Under the pieces are notes generated by a model. The model searched no databases. It was not told the origin of the DNA and worked only from the letters and a program-made list of their open reading frames with translations. Positions 55,930 through 64,000 of a DNA stretch of 64,000 nt are shown here, piece by piece; the stretch's first letter is position 1; every line of letters starts with the position of its first letter. Origin of the DNA: Candidatus Hydrogenedens sp. (GTDB taxonomy: Bacteria; Hydrogenedentota; Hydrogenedentia; Hydrogenedentales; Hydrogenedentaceae); the NCBI GenBank assembly GCA_049968235.1, contig JBMFRC010000003.1, positions 32,001 through 96,000 on the forward strand. The letters are read 5' to 3'. Position numbers and translations under genes: made by a program.

Positions 55930-56940
55930 ATGAGTAAAAAAGGATTCACACTCATCGAATTGCTGGTAGTCATAGCGATTATTGGCATTCTTGCGGCAAT
56001 TCTGTTGCCGGCACTTGCTCGTGCGAGGGAAGCAGCGCGTAGAAGTAGTTGTCAGAACAACCTTAAACAATGGGGACTGGTCTTCAAGATGTATTCCAAT
56101 GAATCGAAAGGAGAACGGTTCCCGCCGATATGTCTTACAGCAGACCAACGAATGAATTGTAATGTCTATCCGTTTACACTGGAAGGTTCCTATGGAATTA
56201 TTGCAGCTGGACCCAATCCGAAAGTCCTTTATCCGGAATATTTAACCGATTTAAATATTATATTCTGTCCTTCGGATTCGGCAGAGAAACCCGGACTTCA
56301 ATTTAATCCTGCAGCACAAGCGGCAGGTGTTGAACTGACAGATGTAAATATCCCGTGTAATGATGCAGTTCGTGGTATGTCTATAATAGATTCCAGTTAT
56401 AACTATGTGGGTTATGTTCTTGACCTCTGTAATGCGGATGGCACAGACCCGTTGACAGATATATCAGGATTGGCAACACTGGTAGGTGCTACAGGAGTTA
56501 CAGGAATGGGACCTGCGCAGTTGGTTGCAGCAATGCTGGTTGTATTACAGGCATACATTAACAACCCTGTAACTGGCGCCCAAAGGGCAGACGAGGACCT
56601 GGATGTAAGTTCATATGCAAATTTAGGAACACCTCCCGGACCTGTAGGTAATGGCAGACAAAATACGATATATCGGCTTCGTGAAGGTATTGAACGTTTC
56701 TTAATTACTGATATTAACAATCCTGCTGCTTCTGCCAAAGCCCAGAGTGAGACATGGATTATGGCGGATACAATCGCAACAGAAGTTGGACATTACAACC
56801 ATATTCCGGGTGGTTCAAATGTCCTCTACATGGATGGTCATGTTGAATTTATGCGTTATCAGGAAACAGGGGAACAGCCGGTTAATGGCGCGGTTGCTCG
56901 TGTCGTAGGACTGATACTAAATTCAGAGAATTTAATATAG
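55930..56940 (+). CDS. Type IV pilin-like protein with prepilin N-terminal cleavage/methylation domain plus DUF1559
   Basis: [47 protein letters not shown]... and C-terminal [21 protein letters not shown]. Confidence 0.85.
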   Translation: MSKKGFTLIELLVVIAIIGILAAILLPALARAREAARRSSCQNNLKQWGLVFKMYSNESKGERFPPICLTADQRMNCNVYPFTLEGSYGIIAAGPNPKVLYPEYLTDLNIIFCPSDSAEKPGLQFNPAAQAAGVELTDVNIPCNDAVRGMSIIDSSYNYVGYVLDLCNADGTDPLTDISGLATLVGATGVTGMGPAQLVAAMLVVLQAYINNPVTGAQRADEDLDVSSYANLGTPPGPVGNGRQNTIYRLREGIERFLITDINNPAASAKAQSETWIMADTIATEVGHYNHIPGGSNVLYMDGHVEFMRYQETGEQPVNGAVARVVGLILNSENLI

Positions 56941-56980
56941 TACTCCCTTCCTTTCGCTTCTGTTCAAAACCCTCGCAAAT

Positions 56981-57014
56981 CCCCGATTACTACGGTAATC
57001 GGGGATATTTATTT
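56981..57014. terminator. Bidirectional rho-independent terminator between convergent genes
   Basis: Perfect 10-bp stem CCCCGATTAC/GTAATCGGGG with loop tacg, followed by ATATTTATTTAT. Confidence 0.8.
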
Positions 57015-57063
57015 ATAGAACAAATAAATTAAAGGGGACTTTTTATTCAGAATATTCTCTGAC

Positions 57064-58959
57064 TTAACTTGCGAGTTGTTTTATTTTTTCGAGGATATGT
57101 TCAGGGTCCAATCCTTGATAGGTAATATGTTCGGACAGTCCGCCTTTTCCGGGCTTGCTAACGCCCATGTAATCGAATTTAGGCATAAACCTTCTTTGAA
57201 GTAGCCAGGTACCAAAACGAATGCCTAAACCTGTTTTAATATTTTGTGCCTCAACCACCAAAACGAATGGGGATTGTCCTAAAGTATTCATTATTTCTTC
57301 ATCTACGACATTAAGTGTCGGTTTATTGATAAGGCCTACATCTAATCCCTGTTCTCGTGCTTGTTCCACAGCATCCAGTGCACGGTGTAGCATTTCTCCG
57401 TAAGACACTACATATCCCGCAGAGCCTTTTCGGATAATTTCATCTTTTCCAGGAACGAACTGATAATTACCCTCATAGAACTTTGTCCCATCTTCTTTGC
57501 ATATGTATGGAACTTTACTGCGGGTAGTAAAAATAAACCGAATACCTTCATCTTTCCAGATACGATGAACCACTGCTTTAAGTTGTAATGCATCTGCTGG
57601 GAAATAAAGCCTTGTATTATCACCTTCCGGAAGTCCATTATCCGCAAAGAAAATGTTAATTCCATAGTGGCATGTATTGTCTGCAATATCATCAACACCT
57701 GCATGGGAAAAATGACAGATTGCATTGGCTTTATTTAACCGTGCCATCGTTAATTCAGAAAGAATCATCTCTAAAAATGCAGAAAAGGTGCTGAAGATTC
57801 CCTGTCTACCTTTTTCAAAACCGAAGCCTGCTGAAGCGGAGAAATTACCGCGTTCCTGAACACCTCCATTTATAAATACATCCGGATGTGCCACACGAAT
57901 GGCTTTTAACCCTGTAGAACCTTCAAGGTCAGAATCAATAACTAATATTTTTCGTTCACTCTTTTCTTCCGGATGTGCCGTTAAATAATCCTTAACAATA
58001 TTTCCAAATTCCGTGCGATTACTACCTTGTTCTTTCGAACAACCCCGATATGTTCTGCTCCCGGATATTTTTTCCACTTTATTTAATGCTTCAATAACTT
58101 CAGGCATCCCTCGTTTTTCAAAGTAAGCAATGGCATTATCTTTTCCAATAACATCATGTCCCGAATGATTCCCTTCTATTCCGGGGACACCCGGTGCCAT
58201 TACCCGCTTATTAATCAGAGCAACAGGACCTTCTGTACGAACTGCATTAATCATGCGTTTTGTTAGACTTTCTAAATTCTCGCCTTTGCCCACATCCACA
58301 TTCAATCCGTGTCCGGAAAGTGTTTTGCCAATATCATATCCGGGTAGATATTGGGACGGATGACCTGAAATCGTTACATTGTTGTCATCAATACATAATT
58401 TAACATTTATCTTCTGAGCGACCGCAAGTCGTGCTGACTCTGCGTCATCTCCCTCCTGCTGAGAACCATCAGAGCCCAACATAAATACAACCTTATCCGG
58501 ATTCGCTAATGCCACGCCATTAACAAATGACCATAAATGTCCTAACCGACCGGAAGCAAACTTTATTCCCAATTCATGTTCAATTTCAGGATGTCCATAT
58601 AATCCATAATTTGCCTCGCGATAATGTAATAAATAATCAAAGGGAATAATTCCATTGAAAGCAGACATGGCATACTGAATAGCTACACGATGACCCGCTT
58701 CATCAAAATATACGGGATATACTTTTTCCGAACCCTTTATAAAACTGTCCAGAACCAATACTTCAGGAACGATACTATACGCTCCACCCGTATGTCCACC
58801 TAACCCACGTATTCCTGCAACAGCGGTATAAAAAATGATAGTATCACGAACAATTTGAATATTTGTTTTTAACTGTTCTAATTGTTCCTTAGTAAACTCC
58901 TGAGTGAATGGGTCAATAGCAACAGGTCTATACTTCTCTACATTAATTGGGAAACTCAT
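57064..58959 (-). CDS. Transketolase-family thiamine-diphosphate enzyme
   Basis: N-terminal GLGGHTGGAYS (compare TK GHPGGSLS). TPP motif LGSDGSQQEGDDAE...IDDNNVTISGH. TK-like C-terminal domain. 631 aa. Confidence 0.55.
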   Translation of the reverse strand: MSFPINVEKYRPVAIDPFTQEFTKEQLEQLKTNIQIVRDTIIFYTAVAGIRGLGGHTGGAYSIVPEVLVLDSFIKGSEKVYPVYFDEAGHRVAIQYAMSAFNGIIPFDYLLHYREANYGLYGHPEIEHELGIKFASGRLGHLWSFVNGVALANPDKVVFMLGSDGSQQEGDDAESARLAVAQKINVKLCIDDNNVTISGHPSQYLPGYDIGKTLSGHGLNVDVGKGENLESLTKRMINAVRTEGPVALINKRVMAPGVPGIEGNHSGHDVIGKDNAIAYFEKRGMPEVIEALNKVEKISGSRTYRGCSKEQGSNRTEFGNIVKDYLTAHPEEKSERKILVIDSDLEGSTGLKAIRVAHPDVFINGGVQERGNFSASAGFGFEKGRQGIFSTFSAFLEMILSELTMARLNKANAICHFSHAGVDDIADNTCHYGINIFFADNGLPEGDNTRLYFPADALQLKAVVHRIWKDEGIRFIFTTRSKVPYICKEDGTKFYEGNYQFVPGKDEIIRKGSAGYVVSYGEMLHRALDAVEQAREQGLDVGLINKPTLNVVDEEIMNTLGQSPFVLVVEAQNIKTGLGIRFGTWLLQRRFMPKFDYMGVSKPGKGGLSEHITYQGLDPEHILEKIKQLAS

Positions 58960-59138
58960 GTATATATCTCCTTTGTTATTAAATTCAATTTTTAGAAATG
59001 TAATATATCAAAAATCGGAGAGAATTATCTATCTGGTGAACTTTCCCCATTGTACTTGTGCCGGATATTTGTTGTTATATGCATCATCAAGTTTGAATTA
59101 GTATTCGTTTTTTGGTAAAATCATTAGTGCAAAAAGTT

Positions 59139-59214
<76 letters not shown>

Positions 59215-59224
59215 TTTTTTTATA

Positions 59225-59300
59225 GGGCCGTTAGCTTAGCTGGTAGAGCAGGGGACTCTTAATCCCAAGGTCGCAGGTTCGATTCCTGCACGGCCCACCA
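59225..59300 (+). tRNA. tRNA-Lys (anticodon CTT)
   Basis: Acceptor GGGCCGT...ACGGCCC, anticodon loop CTCTTAA, T-arm GCAGGTTCGATTCCTGC, encoded CCA. Confidence 0.9.
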
Positions 59301-59636
59301 GTTTGTGAAATCTACACGGTGAATATACCGTTCCCACCTTTTAGCATGTGTAGTAATACCTCCCTTATTTTTCAGTGTAATTATCTTAACAAAAGCAGAA
59401 AATTTTTGGGGAAATAGAAATATATAACATAGACAGGTATGTAGATATTACATTTTTGTTCGCTTTATTTGTAGATGAAAAATAAATAAATGTAAAATAA
59501 ACAGGGGTACAAATACCCCTCTGTAAATACAATGCAAACGAAACTGTTGCAACTTATCTCTTTACAAAAGGATAATATTAATATAGTTTAATGAACTACC
59601 TATTTTCACAAATAGCATAAAAAAGGAAATTGTTGC

Positions 59637-60371
59637 ATGTTCAAAGGGAAAATCTTTTTTTTGTTAGTTGCTGGCATTTTTTGTATCACTCTGTTTTCAT
59701 ATGCACAAAGTAGTCCTGATATGACGAATGTTCTACCTGTTCAGCAAAATCTTACATTATGGGACATGATAAAAGCAGGTGGGGTAATACTCTGGATAAT
59801 TGGAGGTTTGGGCTTTATTGGATTGGTATGGGCATTTTATCTTCTGTTGACATTAACTCCGCGGAGGGAACTTCCTTCAACCCTTATCCGTAGATTGTTC
59901 CATTTATTACAAGCCAATGATTACAAAGGGGTGTTGGAACTTTGTGAAGGGCGAGATGAACTTATTGCCAAGATGATATTTGCTGGAGTAAAACTGGTAG
60001 GTCATGACCGCTATGTTATTCAGGACGCTATGGAAAGTGAAGGGGAACGAGGAGCGAGTATTTTATGGCAACGCATATCTTATTTGAATAATATTGCGGT
60101 CTTAGCTCCATTATTAGGTCTTTTAGGAACTGTATGGGGTATGATGCAGGCTTTTGGGGCTATCGCATTTAATGATGCTCAGGTGAAAGGGCTTACAATG
60201 GCATACAGTGTTGCCACAGCAATGGTAACTACTGCAGGTGGATTGGTCGTTGCAATTCCTGCTATGGCAATTTATTTTTATCTGCGGGGTAGAGTAAACC
60301 GAATTATTGCAGAGGTAGAAGCCATTGCCAGTGAAATGGTAGAGCTTATTTTGAGAGGAACACGTCCATGA
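59637..60371 (+). CDS. exbB: MotA/TolQ/ExbB proton-channel protein
   Basis: Three TM helices with the conserved ...LGLLGTVWGMMQAF... region. Overlaps exbD (ATGA). Confidence 0.8.
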   Translation: MFKGKIFFLLVAGIFCITLFSYAQSSPDMTNVLPVQQNLTLWDMIKAGGVILWIIGGLGFIGLVWAFYLLLTLTPRRELPSTLIRRLFHLLQANDYKGVLELCEGRDELIAKMIFAGVKLVGHDRYVIQDAMESEGERGASILWQRISYLNNIAVLAPLLGLLGTVWGMMQAFGAIAFNDAQVKGLTMAYSVATAMVTTAGGLVVAIPAMAIYFYLRGRVNRIIAEVEAIASEMVELILRGTRP

Positions 60372-60862
60372 GAATCCGTCGTAATTATGAAAATGAGCCC
60401 GAACCCATTCAAATGGCTCCATTAATTGATATTGTATTTTTGACCCTTGTTTTTTTTATGGCAACAACTGTATATGGCGTTCTGGAGTCGGAAATTGACA
60501 TTACTTTACCGACCGCAGAAACTTCGGTTCCAACAACGCGTAGTCAGGGAGAAATTTATATTAATCTAAAAGCAGATGGGTCCATTGTTGTTAATAATCG
60601 TTCTGTGTCCCTATCGGAATTGCAGGAGGTATTGAACAAGGTGTCCCAATTTTTCCCCGGCAGTTCAGTTATTATCCGGGGCGACCAGAGTGCCATGTTG
60701 GGCAATGCCATACGGGTTCTGGATTGTTGCAGGAAAGCCAATATACAAAATGTAGCGTTCTCCGCAATTAATGAAAAACAAACAACCGATTCAGAACATT
60801 CCGTAAACGCAAATACTTCTCCAGATGCAGTTTCTCCAGCCACAGAGCCCACAAAACAATAA
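60368..60862 (+). CDS. exbD: Biopolymer transport protein ExbD/TolR
   Basis: Single N-terminal TM (MAPLIDIVFLTLVFFM) plus a periplasmic domain. Confidence 0.8.
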   Translation: MRIRRNYENEPEPIQMAPLIDIVFLTLVFFMATTVYGVLESEIDITLPTAETSVPTTRSQGEIYINLKADGSIVVNNRSVSLSELQEVLNKVSQFFPGSSVIIRGDQSAMLGNAIRVLDCCRKANIQNVAFSAINEKQTTDSEHSVNANTSPDAVSPATEPTKQ

Positions 60863-60875
60863 ACAGGATTCACAT

Positions 60876-63263
60876 ATGATATTTACGAAGCATTTATATA
60901 AATTATCCATGATTTATTTCTTAATGGTATGTAGTTTCGCCTGGACACAATCCTCTGAATCTCTTTCGGGAGAAAACACACAACTTGATTTTGCTAATGG
61001 TCTCTACAGCAGACAGTTCTTTAAAGAAGCCATTGATGAGTATAAAAAGTTTATTGCTCAATATCCGGATTCTCCTAAAATTGCTGAGGTTTATCTTCGT
61101 TTGGGAAAATCTGCTCTTGTTGAAAAACAATATGAAACCGCTATGGGTGCCTTTGACCAGGTGATTAACAAAGCAACAGATGCCAATCAACGAACAGAAG
61201 CCATTCTTCGTAAAGGTGAATGCTTTTATTATCTAAAACGTTGGGCAGAATGTAGTGAGACATTAAAACCCTTAATTGAGGAGACCACACCAAAGGATTA
61301 TCGTCCCCGTGCTATGTATTTTTATGCCCGTGCACTTGTACAAACGCAGAATTTTGAAACTGCAATACCTGTATTACAAAACATGGTAAAAACTTTTCCG
61401 GAATATCCCCTGGTACCTTTTGCAAAGTATGTTTTAGGGAACATTTACACTCGTCTTAATCAATTAGAAAATGCTGTATCCATTTTATCTGACGTGGCAT
61501 CTAACGAAAAGATAGACCCACAATTACGAATGGAGTGCAATTTCCGTGTCGCAGAGATATACTCCCAGTTAGGTTGGTATGAAGGGGCGATGAATGCATA
61601 TCAAACACTCAAAACACAGTTCAAAGAAGGTCCCTATAAAGAAAAATCGGATTTTGGATATTTATGGACATTATATCAGGCAAAGAAATTTCCAGAAGCA
61701 GTAAATGAAGGGAAAAACTTTATTCAGAATTATCCGCAATCTGAGAAGAAGCCTTTTGCCATGTATATCCTTGCCAATTCATTGCTGGAACAAAATATGC
61801 TGGATGAAGCCCTGTCTTTTTATAACTCCTTACGCCAACAATATGCCGATACTTCTTACGCTACCGAATCGCTATATAAAATTGCATGGGCACACTATTT
61901 AAAGAACGACCTGAACATTGCAAAAACGAATGTAACCGAGTTTCTGGACAAAGCCGGGGAGTCTCCATTTCGAGCGGATGCTTACTTTTTGCTGGGTTCA
62001 TTATATACTGCCGAAGGAAATTATGAGGATGCTATGGAAGAGTTTCAGATGGTATATGAAAAATACCCAACCTCCAAATTTGCACCTGAGGCATTATACA
62101 AATCGGCGGAATGTGCAGAATTATTAGGCATCATCAAACCTGCTATGCAATTATACAATCGTTTTATCCAGACCTATCCCCAGCATACATTAATTGTTTC
62201 TGCCTATCTCCACTATGGGGATTTACAGGGTAAAGATGGGAATTGGGAAGAAGCACTGAAAACTTATCTCAAAGCAAAAGAAATCTCAGAGAATAATCCT
62301 CTACAAGAACAAGTATTCCTACGATTAGCACATTGTTATGAACAGTTACATAAAGGAGAAGACGCCTTTCAAATTTATCAGGATTTCATCAGTAGGTTCC
62401 CACAATCTCAATATGTTCAAGATATGAAGTTAAAATTGGGAACCTATTATCTAAAAGAAAAGAAGGACTCTATAAAATCAATCGATTCCTTGCAAAATTT
62501 ATTAGCCCAGAATCCTGCTCCGACCATTGCAGGTCAAGCCTGGCTGGCAATCAGCATCGCCTATTATGAAGTAAAAGATTATGAAAAATCTGCGGAAGCG
62601 TTATTGAAAACCATTGTGGACTACCCCCAGGTTACAGTAGGAGAAGAACAGTTCGCATGGTTAGCCCAATACTATCTTGATGCGCAAAAATGGGAGCAGG
62701 CACGTCAGGTGTTAAAACGAATGCAGGAGGTATTAAAAGATTACCCTGCTCCTCAAAGATTGCAATTCCGATATGCAGAATGTATTCATAATTTAGGGAA
62801 ACTGGATGAAGCCATAAAAGAATACCAGAAAGTTGTGGATATGTCCCCTTCTTCCACATCCGCTACAGAATCTTTGTATCGCATAGCTCAAATATATGAA
62901 CAAAAAAATCAGGTATCTCAAGCCTTAGAATTTTATGAACGCTGTGCAAATAATGGTGGAAGTGAAACAAGTGCCCGTGCTCAATTTCGAATTTCAGAAA
63001 TTTATGAGAACCAGAACGAATTTGAAAAAGCAGGAAAAAATTATCTAAAAGTGGCTATTCTTTATCTCCATCCGGAACTTTCTCCTGAAGCATTATGGCG
63101 TTCCGGAAATTGCTATTTAAAAATCAATGAAAAGGGAAACGCACAGAGAGCATTTAAAGAATTATTAGATGATTTTCCTTCGCATCCTCTGGCAGAAAAA
63201 GTAAAAGGCATTCTGTCCAGTGAAAAAGAAAATACACCTGCATTATCAATAGAACTGAGGTAG
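60876..63263 (+). CDS. Large TPR-repeat protein, secreted
   Basis: Signal peptide, then more than 15 TPR-like repeats. The ORF-track start at 60825 overlaps exbD; the ATG at 60876 is preferred. Confidence 0.65.
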   Translation: MIFTKHLYKLSMIYFLMVCSFAWTQSSESLSGENTQLDFANGLYSRQFFKEAIDEYKKFIAQYPDSPKIAEVYLRLGKSALVEKQYETAMGAFDQVINKATDANQRTEAILRKGECFYYLKRWAECSETLKPLIEETTPKDYRPRAMYFYARALVQTQNFETAIPVLQNMVKTFPEYPLVPFAKYVLGNIYTRLNQLENAVSILSDVASNEKIDPQLRMECNFRVAEIYSQLGWYEGAMNAYQTLKTQFKEGPYKEKSDFGYLWTLYQAKKFPEAVNEGKNFIQNYPQSEKKPFAMYILANSLLEQNMLDEALSFYNSLRQQYADTSYATESLYKIAWAHYLKNDLNIAKTNVTEFLDKAGESPFRADAYFLLGSLYTAEGNYEDAMEEFQMVYEKYPTSKFAPEALYKSAECAELLGIIKPAMQLYNRFIQTYPQHTLIVSAYLHYGDLQGKDGNWEEALKTYLKAKEISENNPLQEQVFLRLAHCYEQLHKGEDAFQIYQDFISRFPQSQYVQDMKLKLGTYYLKEKKDSIKSIDSLQNLLAQNPAPTIAGQAWLAISIAYYEVKDYEKSAEALLKTIVDYPQVTVGEEQFAWLAQYYLDAQKWEQARQVLKRMQEVLKDYPAPQRLQFRYAECIHNLGKLDEAIKEYQKVVDMSPSSTSATESLYRIAQIYEQKNQVSQALEFYERCANNGGSETSARAQFRISEIYENQNEFEKAGKNYLKVAILYLHPELSPEALWRSGNCYLKINEKGNAQRAFKELLDDFPSHPLAEKVKGILSSEKENTPALSIELR

Positions 63264-63267
63264 ATGT

Positions 63268-64000
63268 ATGTCCCGGGCGAACACATTAAATAATCGTTCT
63301 ATCTCCTCAGGAACACTCGAATTCCTGTGGAGTAAACGAATTCGCTTTGGGATTAGTGTTATCCTGAGTATCCTTTTATATTTCTCGTTAATTTACACTT
63401 CGCAATACATACCTCTTTTCACAACCGGACCGAATAGAATTCCTTTAAACATTCGTGTTAAGTTGCTTGATGAAAAAATAACTGTTTCCCAGCAAATAGA
63501 AGAACCTGTCAGCACATCTTTATCTACTCGTCCCATTTCTTTCCAGAATTTTATTGAAGAACTACTTCCCGCTACAGAAATACCTGAAACTCCTCATAGT
63601 CCATCCTTACAAAAGGAAGCATTAGCAAAACAGGCAGTAACAGAACCCATTGACCGACCCACAGAACCGCTTACGCCGGACGAAATGATACAGCAAATAG
63701 AAGAACAAATCCTCATGATTGAAAAGGAATCCGAAAAAGACACCGTAGATGTTGCCCGACGATTATTGCCTCCCCCCGAAGAAAACATATTGAAACCCGG
63801 TGAAACACCTGCTTTTTCATTGGATAATACAACTCTTCCCTCACAGGGAACGCAAATTTCTTCTTCTGCCATACCGCGTATCGTTGGCACATCACCTTCT
63901 ACAGAACAAACGGGTTCTGATACCGGAGAAACAAATCCAGTCCCTGTAGTATTAGAACCCATAGAACCTCCTATTCCGTTAGAGCAAGTTTTAGAACAGG
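63268..64000 (+). CDS. TonB/TolA-like protein (N-terminal TM anchor plus Pro/Glu-rich linker). 3' end beyond the window.
   Basis: Open frame from ATG 63268 to the window end: MSRANTLNN...ISVILSILLYFSLIY (TM), then a PE/PT-rich region. Follows exbBD. Not in the ORF track because it runs off the edge. Confidence 0.5.
   Translation, partial: MSRANTLNNRSISSGTLEFLWSKRIRFGISVILSILLYFSLIYTSQYIPLFTTGPNRIPLNIRVKLLDEKITVSQQIEEPVSTSLSTRPISFQNFIEELLPATEIPETPHSPSLQKEALAKQAVTEPIDRPTEPLTPDEMIQQIEEQILMIEKESEKDTVDVARRLLPPPEENILKPGETPAFSLDNTTLPSQGTQISSSAIPRIVGTSPSTEQTGSDTGETNPVPVVLEPIEPPIPLEQVLEQ

Noticed and set aside
59215-59636. Possible integration hotspot or attachment site downstream of the tRNA-Gly/tRNA-Lys pair
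   Set aside because: No integrase, direct repeat of a tRNA 3' end, or foreign-looking genes follow. The next genes (exbB-exbD-TPR-tonB-like) are ordinary envelope genes.
63594-63962. 122-aa minus-strand ORF at the window end
   Set aside because: It overlaps the open plus-strand frame of the TonB-like gene that follows exbBD-TPR. The plus-strand frame has a plausible TM anchor and Pro-rich linker, so the minus-strand ORF is considered antisense noise.

Overview
This 64-kb window is a low-GC, gene-dense bacterial chromosomal segment. A DUF1559 prepilin-like protein with the 'SCQNNLKQ' motif suggests a PVC-superphylum-like or candidate-phylum lineage, but that is a guess. Most of the window is housekeeping. 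It holds the 3' partial flagellar cap gene fliD with a sigma-28-type promoter, a DUF1080 and Tat-signal Gfo/Idh/MocA pair, and the heat-shock operon hrcA-grpE-dnaK-dnaJ with a clear CIRCE operator. It also holds a 7Fe-type ferredoxin, a GH38 mannosidase-like enzyme, cardiolipin synthase, DsbD, and a YdjC-family deacetylase. Further along are a beta-oxidation pair (N-terminal 3-hydroxyacyl-CoA dehydrogenase fused to enoyl-CoA hydratase, then thiolase), a sulfatase/SGNH-TPR operon, and an Fe-S aldo/keto reductase. The remaining genes are an 8-heme c-type cytochrome fused to a membrane domain, ComEC, a YgbA-like/M48/LemA trio, cydAB, araB, and a PilB/MshE-type ATPase with an MshEN c-di-GMP-binding domain next to an HDOD protein. 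Near the end are an orphan phage-type terminase large subunit with a 3D-domain lipoprotein, a DUF1559 pilin-like gene behind a perfect consensus sigma-70 promoter, a transketolase-like gene, tRNA-Gly(GCC) and tRNA-Lys(CTT), and exbB-exbD-TPR plus a partial TonB-like gene. The standout is a co-directional, translationally coupled minus-strand cluster at about 29.5-36.3 kb. It begins with five tandem paralogous small ORFs (39-66 aa). They share an MKHI(K/R/Q)(R/K) N-terminus, one hydrophobic segment and Ser/Thr-rich C-terminal tails. Four of the five are below the 60-aa cutoff of the ORF track. After an intercistronic hairpin come two GNAT acetyltransferases, a CPBP (CAAX/Abi) intramembrane protease, an ABC-2 ATPase and permease, and a 613-aa protein. 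That protein looks like a radical-SAM/SPASM peptide maturase whose CxxxCxxC SAM-cluster motif has decayed while its SPASM cysteines are retained. The cluster sits just downstream of a GLUG-repeat/PASTA/dockerin-like surface protein. I read it as a candidate uncharacterised RiPP/bacteriocin-like system. No CRISPR arrays, IS elements or rRNA genes were seen.
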